A stretch of 63,139 nucleotides of DNA, filler included, from Octopus bimaculoides (lineage: Eukaryota): the NCBI RefSeq assembly GCF_001194135.2. It is 7 parts of 5 records of this genome, joined end to end, with 100 filler letters (N's around TTAATTAATTAA, not from the genome) between each part and the next. Parts side by side here need not be neighbours in the genome. Positions count along the whole stretch, not along the records: positions 1 to 13,929 come from NC_068989.1; positions 14,030 to 27,879 come from NC_068986.1; 5 more parts are not named here. One strand, given 5' to 3'. Made by a program: the position numbers and the translations under genes. Positions 13,601 to 25,487 of this stretch are shown here, piece after piece (within the stretch, counting starts at the first letter, position 1; every line of letters starts with the position of its first letter). The notes beneath the pieces are model-generated. The model was not told where the DNA came from. It saw only the letters and a list, made by a program, of their open reading frames with translations, and did no database searches.

Positions 13601-13895
13601 AACAATGCCTGTCATCGCCACAGATGGATGAAACAGGTTAAGTAGGGGGTAGACACTTTTGAGAGAGCACGTATTCAGCATGAAGAACTTAAGCGTGTTA
13701 CTCGAAAGCACATTGCTAGTGTAGTGAATGGGAAAGCTTGGTCTGCAATGTTTGCAGTAATGTATGCTTGTCAAGAGTAGGGTTCATTAGCCACCAATGG
13801 AGTCGCAAATGCAAAATATAAGTTAGTCCTAGAGCGCACAATGTTCCTGAATGTCAGCAATGGTCTTCCTCGGTCACGAGTGGACGACCGTCATT
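10690..13895 (+). mobile_element. Near full-length RTE-clade (BovB-like) LINE ORF, inactivated: APE endonuclease, RT and C-terminal Cys motif
   Basis: NVRTLLD, ALSETR, LLGDFNVRVG, LDYVII, TDHSLV (endonuclease). DLTKAFDTV, LSPTLF, LLYADD (RT). CNVCSNVCLSRVGFISH at ~13740-13800. Ends in (CA)n. Putative 5' UTR extends to ~10010. Confidence 0.92.
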
Positions 13896-13973
13896 TGCAT
13901 GTATACACACACACACACACACACACACANNNNNNNNNNNNNNNNNNNNNNNNNNNNNNNNNNNNNNNNNNNN

Positions 13974-13985
13974 TTAATTAATTAA
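13974..13985. other. Assembly spacer TTAATTAATTAA inside an N gap (also 27924-27935, 37649-37660, 42999-43010, 49211-49222, 59469-59480)
   Basis: Identical 12-mer with stops in all six frames, always embedded in Ns. It is a scaffolding artefact. Confidence 0.97.
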
Positions 13986-15369
13986 NNNNNNNNNNNNNNN
14001 NNNNNNNNNNNNNNNNNNNNNNNNNNNNNATATATATATATATATATAATACATACTATACGTACACACATATCTGTATATGTGTATGTGTGTGTATATA
14101 TATATATGTATACATATTGTGCAAATTACTTGGTAAACAGGTTTTCTATGCTATGTAATTTGAATATATTTATAATAATACATGTGTATATCATTGGTGG
14201 GTAATCTTATTGTGCCTTATATATAATGTGATTCACTCAATCAATACAAATTCAAAACATATTGTGTACTTATTATTTTGTAGATATTCTCGGCCATTTT
14301 CATTTTCTTTTCACTGTTGTTGTAGTTTTTGTTTTGGCTGTTAATAATAATAATAATAATAATAATAATGGCGGTGGTGGTGGTGGCAGTTGATGTTGTT
14401 ATGTCTTACACCATTTATTTTTGTTTTGTGTGAATGGCGTAGAAAGCAATATAATGTTAGTGGATGCTGTTTATCAAGAAGAAATTGGTAAATAAACAGC
14501 AAGAATACACACACATATATATATATATGTTCTAGTGGAACTTTCCTCAGTGGTAGGTCTATGTTTCAGCACAGTTACTTGTAATGCTTATTGATTATTT
14601 CAGGCAGATTGCTTTGGTGAGAGGGATGAGTGGTATGCCTTTCTCAGCATTTTTAAGCACTACAAGATGATAGTGATGATTTTAAATTACATGTTGAATG
14701 TATCAGTGTACTCGTGTATTATGGTATTACCATTTGTTTATATGACTGATTGGTTTTTGTTTTTATTAAATCACCTCCACTTCTCAAGAGTGAATAGGGC
14801 TTGGATAGCTGGTTTGACATGGTACTGGACAACCAGCTGAGAGGGTAGTGGTTTATTTCCTGTTTCTGGACACTGTTTTATGCCTGAAGCCAAGACATTT
14901 AACTCTTAAATGGCACAGTTCACTTAAATGGAAACAACTATAGCAAAATAGAAGCACCATCATAATGCAAGTAGTTGTTGCATTCTGATATAGATTTTTT
15001 TTTAATGTGTGCTTGCAGTACAAAATAGAATTCTTGCTATGGTTGTAGCATGAAGAATGATGACTTTTGTCAAGTAGACATGACCTAGATACACTTGGAA
15101 AGTAGTAGTAGTAGTAGTAGTCAACACTGATTGGGCTTTCCAGCAATGGCCATTCCATTTTTTGCAGAAGTATCTAGTGTGTACTATAAGTTGGTGGAGT
15201 GTGGTTTGAAGTAGATTTTGCCTGCTATTTCTAACATATTTAGAGGTTACAGATCTTACAGAGGTTTGTAAAGAAGTCATCTTCAGTATTGCTATTCTGA
15301 ATATACTCTGATGCTATCATTTATCTGAGACTATCACTCATGCTTCTCACTCTGTTAAGAGATTGACTA

Positions 15370-15510
15370 GCAAACAGAAACAGACCAATACAATAAGTAC
15401 TAGACTTTGAAAATAAGCGCAGGAATCTATTTGTTTGACTAAACCCTTCAAGGTAGTGCTCCAGCATGGTCACAATCCAACGACTAAAACAAGTAGGAGA
15501 TAAAAGATAC
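15370..15510 (+). mobile_element. Decayed SINE family A, 3' half
   Basis: AATAAGTACTAG...GGTAGTGCTCCAGCATGGTCACA...AAACAAGTA matches the reverse complement of 16121-16260. Confidence 0.75.
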
Positions 15511-15606
15511 AAGTATCAGTGATATGCAAGGATGAACTTATAACTTTCTTCTTGCACCTTTGACAAAAGAATGCGAGGCAAGAGGGTGAATTGGTCTTAG
15601 TCAATG

Positions 15607-15645
<39 letters not shown>

Positions 15646-15713
15646 GGTATAGGTTTAATATATGTGGTTAATCAATAGAGTTTCATCTGGCCAGCCCTGT
15701 ACTGTTTCTTCAG

Positions 15714-15809
15714 ACATAGCTTTCTTGAATGTTGTGGATTAGCTTGTGTAATACTGTCAGCAATTATTAATGGAATTAAGGAAACATTGTTGAAAGCTGT
15801 GGAGAAAAG
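15714..15809 (+). CDS. Candidate internal coding exon (96 nt, phase 2-2) of an unidentified, probably membrane, protein
   Basis: Acceptor ctgtttcttcag| and donor AAG|gtgaga. Open frame HSFLECCGLACVILSAIINGIKETLLKAVEK. Joins in frame to 17887-17926. Confidence 0.55.
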
Positions 15810-16120
15810 GTGAGATAGAAATGAGATGAAATTTGTTTACAGACAGGCTACAATGGAAATGTTCTAGACAGATTGGGAAGTATTAGCATGTGTGTGTGTG
15901 TGTGGGGGGGGGTAGAGATTGTACCTTCTTTTGTTTTGAGTGCTTGATATTTGGATCAAAAATATTTGCTGGTTCTGTCAATGAGGTTAACACTATGACT
16001 TGTAGTTGGTAAGGGTTATAGCTGGCTTCCACAAATGGCCTTGTTCATTAAAATACTTCTTTTGGTGGTATATGCTTCATAGATGGAAATGTTATTGAAG
16101 AAAAGGCGGATAAGAAAGGA

Positions 16121-16515
16121 CTCTCTTACTCTCTTTACTTGTTTCAGCCATTTGACTGTGGCCATGCTGGAGCACCACCTTTAGTCGAGTAAATCGACCC
16201 CAGGACTTATTCTTTGTAAGCCTAGTACTTATTCTATCAGTCTCTTTTGCTGAACCGCTAAGTTACGGGGACGTAAACACACCAGCATCAGTTGTTAAGC
16301 GATGTTGCGAGGACAAACACAGACACACAAACATATATATATACATATATACGATGGGCTTCTTTCAGTTTTCGTCTACCAAATCCACTCACAAGGCTTT
16401 GGTCGACCCGAGGCTATAGTAGAAAACACTTGCCTAAGGTGTCACGCAGTGGGACTGAACCCGGAACCATGCGGTTGGTAAGCAAGCTACTTACCACACA
16501 GCCACTCCTACGCCT
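16121..16515 (-). mobile_element. tRNA-derived SINE family A, full length
   Basis: On the minus strand: GGCGTAGGAGTGGCTGTGTGG head, GGGTTCAGTCCC B-box, body and tail all homologous to the other copies. Confidence 0.92.
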
Positions 16516-16829
16516 ATGTACATTTCATTTAGATCTAAGAGCAATTTGACTCATTACAAATTCCATGTACACATAACATGCATTGGCAATCTGGTTAAAA
16601 GACTGAGCTAGCAGAATCATTAAAACATTGGGAAGGAAATGCTTTGCGGTAATTGTTCTGTCTGTTTACAATCTGAGTTCAAATCCTGTCCTCATCATTT
16701 CAGGATCAGTAAAATAAAATACTAATCAGGTACTGTGATTGATGGTATTAACTAACCTAATCTTCTCAAAATTTGTTGCTGATTTAGGCACAAGACCTAT
16801 AGTTATAAATAAGGTACTTTAAAGATGAG

Positions 16830-17325
16830 CTAACTAGGGAGCCTCTTGCTTGGTCGTTTGACTATCTAGAAATAGCAGCCAAACCTCCTTTGAACAATGC
16901 ACCATTGTGTAAAAAAGAGAAAGAAACATGGGTTAATGTTGTTCTGTATATCCCTTAAAGCTGTGAGTAGTTTATTGCTTGAATACCTTTAATCATTGGT
17001 CTGGTTAGTCAGCGTTAACATGGGCTAAACAGCAACCAGCAGGACCTTGTAAGCCACTGTGATCTTTGAATAAAAGGGTCTTTGAAGCCAATGAGCAAAC
17101 CTGTATGGTTGCTTGCCAGAAATAACAACCTGATCCCTACCTCTCTCTCTCTCTCTCTCTCCCCTCACACCCTATTATCTTATAATGGAAAGACTCATTG
17201 GATAATGTAGTCCCTGATTCTCTGTCTGTGAGGGGTAAAAAGGAAGATTGGATACCATAGTTAGAGCATTTTTTATCATAAGGTGGCTTGATCATGGCTG
17301 ACTAAAATCTAAACAACAAAATGTA
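16830..17325 (+). mobile_element. Two tandem decayed copies of repeat family D (..AGAAATAGCAGCCAAA..); further copy at 19640-19838
   Basis: Shared motifs CTAGAAATAGCAGC / TTGGATAATGTAGTC / TCATAGGTCTG..CTAAACAAC recur. The class (SINE or LINE tail) is uncertain. Confidence 0.55.
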
Positions 17326-17886
17326 GCAGCTTTATATTTGAATTTTTTCTAGACTAAACACATAATGAAGCAGTTAGACAACACAGGCATGTGAAAACAA
17401 AAGCTACTCAATTCTTAAAGCATTAAGTATTAATAGCTTTGCCATACAGTTCAGTTAATGCTGAGTAAACAGGTGACAAGTTCAATTAGGGTTTTATTGA
17501 TAGATTAATGTACTTAACATTATCCTTGAGCTGAGCTGGTTATCAAGGTTTGATGACTTTGGTTTTTAGTCTTTTTTGCTTTTGATACTTTAACTTACTA
17601 ATCACAGTATTTATTATTTTTAATTATAACCAGTTGATAAAGTTCATGCCTTTATCAACTGTTGTGTTGTGTACTTAGTACGGGAACTTGAATGGACAAG
17701 TTGGTTAAAATGAATGACTTAGTACTTAGTTATTATGTTGAAGGTGTGGAGTGTGGCTGACGAAAAAAGAGTAGTATATAATAACTTGATTTTAGTTTGT
17801 GGTTGTTGTTGTTGGTGGTTTGTTTGTTAGATAAGGGGTTAATTGCATTTTTTTTTGTTCTTCTTTGTTTTGTTTCCTTGCCACAG

Positions 17887-17926
17887 GAAGGCAAGGATTA
17901 TAAAGGCTTTAGCAAAGCAGTGTTAG
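17887..17926 (+). CDS. Candidate last coding exon (40 nt) ending at the stop codon: (R)KARIIKALAKQC*
   Basis: Branch-like TTAAT at 17839, a ~33-nt polypyrimidine tract, ccacag| acceptor and a perfect TAG|gtaagt donor. Phase matches 15714-15809. Confidence 0.6.
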
Positions 17927-19844
17927 GTAAGTCAATCTAGAGAACACGTTTGCTGAAAGATTTTCAAGTATTTACTTTAGGTTGTGGATATTACTGCATA
18001 GAAGACATTTATTACATTTGTGTATTTGTGGTAATCCTGTTGACAAGAGAGCAGGGTTTATCTTGAATCCTCTGTGGTATTGTCATCAAAACATTACTGA
18101 GAGCTTTGCTTGATACTGTAGTTACCAGTATATGTGATCAGATGGCATTGCAAAAGAACTTCCCAGTAGTCCTGGACACACAAAACTTTTAAATGTATTT
18201 ATACAAGATATCTTATATTTACTTGTAACGTTATATCTACTTGATAGTGTAGATTACCTACAATAAAGTTCTAATATCAGAGTTGATATGAATTCACCCA
18301 CCCCCTTCCTTTCTTTCACTGATTTGTGTTCATAGTTAAATCTGAAATCTTTTTGTATGAATAAATCTATTAGGAAGCAATGACTGCTTGTGTGAATGTT
18401 CTTGTGAAACTTTTCCCTGTGTGCTGTGTATGTGCATGTGTATCAATGCATATAATTGAAGAGCAAAGAGCCAAAGGTTGAACTGATAAAACTAAATTCA
18501 GATATAATCTCTTATTTATTCTTTTGGTGAAACAGTATATCATTGCTTTTAGTTTTTACTTGTGGAATTTTGGAATTTGCAGGTTCATGTGTAGGATAGA
18601 TAATAAGCTGGGTATTTTGGTGCATAGTGGTTGAGGGCTATTGCAATCATGCAATAAAATTCATTTCCTATCATGTTTTTCATATTAATTACACAGTGAA
18701 TAGTTGGTGGCAAATATCAAATCAGAAACATTAATTGATTGAAAGAAGGGATTTGAGAATGAAAATACTTGGAACAAATTTCCTAAAAATTCAAACATGC
18801 ATCAGAAGAAAAATGCTGGAAAAAGGCAAAAATAAGACAAACCCCACAGCTTTTAAGAAGATAGCTTCAGTTTTTCTTTCACACTATGAATGTTGTGATA
18901 AAATTGTTTCTAAAAACCATCCTATTCTATCAGCCTTATAATAAAGTCTCTAAGCTTTATCTCGTTTCTGAGGCTGCTGTTTCAAAGAAAAAAAGAAATT
19001 CTTTTTTTTTTTCTCTCCTCAGCTTTCTTTATCTGTTTAATCCTGTTCTCATGTATTAATTCTTGTTTAGCAGCTCAGTACTTCATTTGAAAATCTTAAT
19101 CATATAATTACAGTCTATCATGAATATATTTAATGTTTCCAAGGGATATCTTTTAAATTCAGTTGCTTTTTTTTTTTATATATATTTACTCTTTAGTTGT
19201 GTTTTTTTTAATTTAAATTTTTTTAATTATCTGTTTTGTTATGTAATTTTGTAACTATGAGTTTTCTTGGAAGCAAATTATAAAGTGTAAATTGCTCATA
19301 ATCATTTCACAATCTAAATGAACATAGATTTTTATCTAATTTACATTTGATTTTTAATTTTTACAGTTTTGTATTTATCTGATTGCTGATAGTTTAGATT
19401 TTTACCTGTCTTGTTCAGCATGATTAATTTTTTTTAATTATAATTTTTATTATTATTTCTGTAATTCTTGATGTGCTTAGTAGTAAATATATTCTTGCTT
19501 GCTAATAAATTGAAACTAATATTGATTTCTTACATATGTAGAAAGGTTTCCAATTAAAGGGGTAATTATAATTAGTTTGTATAATGTAAATGATATGTCA
19601 GTCCTCCTGTGCCAACCACTAATATTCACTAACTCTTAACCAATGAAGAGGCCTGAGGAAGCCTAACTGGCTAGAAATAGCAGTAAGATCTCTCTCAGAT
19701 AGCCTGTAACCATCTTTGAAAAGGAAAGTATGTAATGGATTATGTAGTCTGAAATAAACTACAACAAAAAAGTGGGGTGGGGGTAGAACATGGGTATGGT
19801 CATAACTGAAATGCTTCAATCATAAGTCTGCTCAACTAGACTTG

Positions 19845-20157
19845 ACGTGTTGCTTTAACAGGGTAAGGGTAAAGACGCCCTTCAGTCATGAATGACCATG
19901 AGATTGCACCTAGAAAGTTCCCCTCTGGGGCACAAGTCCCATGCACACCAGCCTCCACTCTCCGCGCCACTGATGTTATCCAAGGGAAAGGCAAAGGCTT
20001 GGCACTTGTGATGTCACAACTCAATTCTACAGCTAAGTGAACTGGATCAACATGAAATAAAGTGTCTTTCTCAAGAGCACAACACACAGCCTGGTCCAGG
20101 AATCGAACTTACCACCTCATGATTGTGAGCCCAATGCTCTAACCACTGAGCCATGCT
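19845..20157 (-). mobile_element. tRNA-derived SINE family C
   Basis: Minus-strand head GCATGGCTCAGTGGTTAGAGC...GTTCGATTCC followed by a non-tRNA body. A related head occurs at 42505-42880. Confidence 0.8.
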
Positions 20158-21782
20158 TAAACGACAACTATAACTAAACTTATTCTATTTTTATTCACCT
20201 TTTTTACTAGGATAACAGGTGATTTGCATTTAAGAGATTGAATCTTAAATGTTATCTTTCACAGTTCCAAGATGGATACAATCAGTTTATTAGTGCTAAT
20301 TGTTGCAGTGACTGTGGAGAGCAGTAGAACTGTAACAAAAAAAGGAGGGGGAGAAACCTTTTTCTTTTTTTGTGTTGTTACAGTTCTACTGTATTTCAAT
20401 AGAAATACACTGCTTTTGTTGCAATTAAATTAATTTTGAAAATAATGAGGAATTTAGTAAAATAATTTTGTTATCATTATGCTAGTGTTTGGAGCATAAA
20501 TTAACATGAAAATTTTGATAGAAGGTTTTTAACTTGGAACACCTGAAAATAGTTTGTATCATAGAATCAAAGGTAGTCTCGGCTGAATTGGTATTGAAAG
20601 CTAACCCTTTAGCATTCAGATTCTGTGTCAAATGTAATGGTAATTTATTCACATAATCTTGAATTAATCATGGCTTATCTTGCAGCTTTGATATTTCAAT
20701 GACGTCGTAATTGTTTATTTTTAGAATGACATTGTAGGGTAGGTGCAAGATGCTAAATCTGGCCAGTTTGAATATAAGACAGGTAGAATATTTGGACCTG
20801 ATATGGTTAGTTTAAATGCTAAAGTGTTAAAGAAAAAAAAAAAGAAGATAGAAAGAGTACTGAGCTGAATTTGGTCTCAGAAATAGAAAGTAGTAGTCTA
20901 ATTTGAAAAATCTCTCTCCTCCCAGAGAAAGAGTCGGTCCTAAAATATCAAATACTTCTTCTCCCTGAGACATATGAACCTAAGTGAAATTCATGAACTT
21001 CACTGTATAATTTTTGTCGCTGCTAGTTTCACCAAAGATTCTGTTTTTTTGTGTGTGTTAAACTCAATACTGTAAAGTATATAATTTAGTCTTTTTATGA
21101 TTGCCTGCACCAACATTGTGTTCTTGAAATGCTTATATTTTTGGGCTGTTATTTAACTCCTGGTCAATCCTAATAAAGCAAATGTAAGTGCAAAAGTACA
21201 ACAACTGTGGCATCCCATCTCTCCTTTTTTCTTCTGAATATATCTTTCTCTGTTTATGATTATAGGATGTCATTTGAGAGGTTTGGCTGATATTTCTAGC
21301 AGGTCATGTGATTGTGTAGAGTCTCTTTTATTGGCTCATATTATTTAGGCTATTGTTTGGCAACATCATCTCATTGGAAGCAAGCTTATGCTTAAGTGTT
21401 GAAATCTGATCTTATTTTCAGTTCTTCTTACCCAGTAGAATTTTGTTCATGATCGCAGGGTGTAATTTGAGGGACATTTGGCTAGTTTTTCTAGCAGATT
21501 GAATGGCCACATAGGTATTACCTCATGTTTAAGTGGGAGAAGTAGTAGTAGAATGCTGGATTAAATGCTCTCTATAGCATCGAGTTGCATTCCTTTATAT
21601 CTTATAATAATTTCTTTATTTTTAATAATAATGATTTCTTTAATAATAAAATCCTTTTGATGTTGTTTTTTGACTTCCACTCATATTAGTTTGATAAAAG
21701 AAGTGCTGGGTATGTACTGGTTTTAACATTAAACAACTGTGGATTGAATCCATTTTAATCTGTAGATCTGTGTCAGTATACG

Positions 21783-22160
21783 ATAATCATCATCATCATC
21801 ATCGTCAGCTTTCCATGCTAGCATGAGTTGGACGATTTGACTGAGGACAGGCGAACCAGATGGCTGCACCAGGCTCCAATCTGATCTGGCAGAGTTTCTA
21901 CAGCTGGATGCCGTTCCTAATGCTAACCACTCCGAGAGTGTAGTGGGTGCTTTTACGTACCACTGGCACAAGGGCCAGTTGGGCAGTACTGGCAACGGCC
22001 ACGCTCAAATGGTGTTTTTTACATGTCACCTGCACAGGGGTCAGTCCAGCAGCACTGGCAATGACCTCACTCGAATGTTTTGTTCACGTGCCACTGTCGC
22101 AAGTGCCACTAAGGCGACACTGGTAACGATTACACTCAAATGGTGCTTTTTACGTGCCAA
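21783..22160 (-). mobile_element. RTE-type LINE 3' tail / tail-derived repeat
   Basis: CTGGATGCCGTTCCTAATGCTAACCAC motif, (ATC)n terminus. Reverse-homologous to 29170-29480. Confidence 0.65.
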
Positions 22161-23175
22161 TAACTGAAATAGATTTCAAAAAAAAAAAAAAAAAAAGATG
22201 ACAAAAACAAACAAAAGTATAGGGTAATCAATTTTACACTGCAAGGAAGAAGTAGGGGAGAATTTAACATTTCAGACTGTAGTCCTTTATCAAAAACAGA
22301 GCACAAAAAGGACGAGGTTCTGCAATGAAAGCAGCCTGTTGGTTCTATTGTAGAACCATCACCTATTTATTTCTGGTTTTGTTCTGGAAATTCTTTCGGT
22401 TGAGAGAACTATACTCTGTTTGCTGTTATAAATTTGTGTCCTTATGCTAATGTGAAGGAGTCATTATTTGTGTATTTCTAGCTAATACTGGAGGATTGCT
22501 TTTGATTTTCTTGTTAAGAGGAGGAAGATTCAAAGCATTGTTTAAAATCAGAGCTGCTGTTTCACTTCCATGTAAATTCAGTGAAAAGGTATTAAAATAA
22601 TATCAATGTTGGAAGCATTGAATACCTTGTTACTATTTCTGTAAATCTGTCTGTCTATTTATTTCTCTCCTTGTTTTTCAATAAATATCTATATAATTAG
22701 CATAAGATGAACTCCTGTCATGAACTAAGTAAATCGCCACAGATCTATTCACATCTGACAATAGCTTCAAAAGTTATATTATATTATAGTAATTTTTGTT
22801 TTTATTATTTAAAAAAAAATTATTTATTTGTTTTTTTTTTAGAAATGTTTTTGCATTGTAATTGATTATACAAAGTTGTGTTTTTATTTTTTCATCATTG
22901 TGATTAAATGTTACAATATTTACAGTTCATTTCATATGATTTCTGACAGTTTTAAAAGACAAATATATTGTATTACTAAAAACTACATTTTGTAAAATTT
23001 GTTGTTTTTTTTCTTGGACACCATTTGATAAAAGCCACTTTATTTATTTTTATTTATTTGGTTTTAGTTGTTTTTTTTTTTGTTTTTAAAATCATAAATT
23101 TTTGTCTTCTATACTATTGTTTGCAAGATTAAAGTAAAATTTGTATAAGATTTAATTTTATTATCATTATTATTA

Positions 23176-23224
<49 letters not shown>

Positions 23225-24103
23225 CATCATCATTATTATTTAGAGTAAAATGAACTTCATTTGGTTATGGTGTAGTAAATATAGCTGTTACAGTATTAGT
23301 GTACCAAGTAGCAAGTGATAATTTGTCCTGTATGTTTTTCATCAATATATTTAGTCTCTTGTGTATACATAGCAGTTTTGCTGTTAGAGGAAACAATTGT
23401 AGGAAATAACTCCTCAGTAGCCAATAGAGAATGGGAATTTTGCCAACTGTATAAGCTATCTAGTTTTGTTAGAATAATAAAGAACACTGCTGTAATTCCT
23501 CTTTATTACTGTTTTGGAACTGGTATCATTAAAGTGTCTCTCAGATTGGGCTCCATCCAGAATCGGAGAGCTGAAGCACATGTCCAAGTGAAGAGCCATT
23601 TACACACACATACTTACACTCATGTGTGTGTGTGTGTATGTGTGTACCTGTACATATATATATGTGGGAAGAAGGAAAGAGAGAGAGAGAATTGGGGCAG
23701 GTATGGTTCAAAGTATTTTATGAGAGCTCATAAGGTGCTCACTACAGAGGGATTATCTTCTTTGCAATATCTCTTCTATCTCTGTCCTTCCTCAAAGCAA
23801 GATCTGCATTGTTTTTGTTGTTTTCTCTTCTCATTCTCTCTTTCTCTCTGTCTCTTGTTTTCTTCTTCTTTTCAAGTCCCCTCTGGGATTGCATTAAGTA
23901 TCGAGGAGTGTTTATATAGCTTGTCTTTAAAATGACTGAGCTTATTCTTTTGTGTTGGAATATATATATATATATATTGTCTGAGTTTCCTCACGTTTTA
24001 ATGTGTCTCTTGTGGTATTCTTCTCTTTCTCTATGGCAACATGGTCTTTTTCTCTTGGACTTTTTATTCACCACCACCACCGCTACCAATAGTAATAACA
24101 ACA

Positions 24104-24148
<45 letters not shown>

Positions 24149-25448
24149 GTCATTTTATTTTGCTCTTCATGTTTTATTTGTACAATCTATAGCTTGATTT
24201 AACTATACATTTGTTCCTTCCATTTTATTCCGTTTCTTTTTTTTTTTTTTTTTTATTCTTGCACAGTTCTTTCCATTTTCTTTCAAATATCTATCTCTGT
24301 CCTCTATTTTGCTCCCATAGTAACACAAACAGAAAAAAAAAACCAAAAAAAACTTCTGCTATTTTCTCTAGAAGCTATATAACTGAAGGATTCACCCAAT
24401 CCCCACACACTCCTCCTGTGTTTCCCCTCCCCTCCCCTTCTCGCTTTCTTCTTCTTTCCATCTCATTTAATTTTTAAATTGACAGTCTGTTTTGTTTTTG
24501 CTTTTGTACTTTTTTTGCTTGTTTTTTTTTTGGTTTTGGTTTGTTTGTGTTCTTTGTGTTCTTTTTGTTCATGGACATTGTAGTTTTGATTTAAACATGT
24601 AAATTTAACATTTTATTTCTTTTACTCATTTGCTATTTGACACCCTCTCTTACTCATGCATATATACACATACACATCACATGAACATGCACATATACGC
24701 ATGTACACATATCTTTTTGTACATGCATACATAAACAGAAACACACGCACACACACCTAATGTTAAATAAAGTCAGTGCTTCTCCACTGTGACTCAATAA
24801 TTCTTTCATAAAAGACTATTTAACATATTTCTCCTTGGCAGATCAAATGATACATAATTGTTGTGGAATAATTAACATTCTGTATTATATTGTGTACAAT
24901 TCCTGCAGCATTGCAAAACATCTGATGATGACAAGAAAACACAAACCACTCACCCAAAAAGACTGTTTGATTGAACAGCCTGCCTGCCTGCCTGCTTGTC
25001 TGCTTGTGTGTGTGTGTGTGTGNNNNNNNNNNNNNNNNNNNNNNNNNNNNNNNNNNNNNNNNNNNNNNNNNNNNNNNNNNNNNNNNNNNNNNNNNNNNNN
25101 NNNNNNNNNNNNNNNNNNNNNNNNNNNNNNNNNNNNNNNNNNNNNNNNNNNNNNNNNNNNNNNNNNNNNNNNNNNNNNNNNNNNNNNNNNNNNNNNNNNN
25201 NNNNNNNNNNNNNNNNNNNNNNNNNNNNNNNNNNNNNNNNNNNNNNNNNNNNNNNNNNNGTAGACATTGTTATTAGATAAAGAATGCAATGTAATAAAAA
25301 GAAAAAAAAAAAGACAAAATACATATCAGATATATTTTATGTTCTGTTTCTCTGTATTTAGCTGACACTTGGATAATTGTCAATTTTCTTTAGTTCTCCG
25401 AGAAATTTATAGAAAGTATTGAAGCTTGTGTTTAAGCATGTCTGTCTT

Positions 25449-25487
<39 letters not shown>

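Noticed and set aside
14536-14632. Frame VELSSVVGLCFSTVTCNAY*LFQADCFGERDE as an exon with a recoded TGA (editing or selenocysteine)
   Set aside because: It needs an in-frame stop and a poor donor, with no independent support
15729-15740. ECCG as a tetraspanin CCG motif
   Set aside because: It is followed directly by a hydrophobic helix and not by a polar EC2 loop
20080-20157. tRNA gene on the minus strand (also SINE heads at 3371, 16515, 42880, 59843)
   Set aside because: There is no complete acceptor stem and it continues into a SINE body, so it is a SINE head
23315-23935. 206-aa ORF
   Set aside because: TTG start, runs through (GT)n and (GA)n repeats and T-tracts, and has no domain motif. 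It is more likely UTR or intron sequence.
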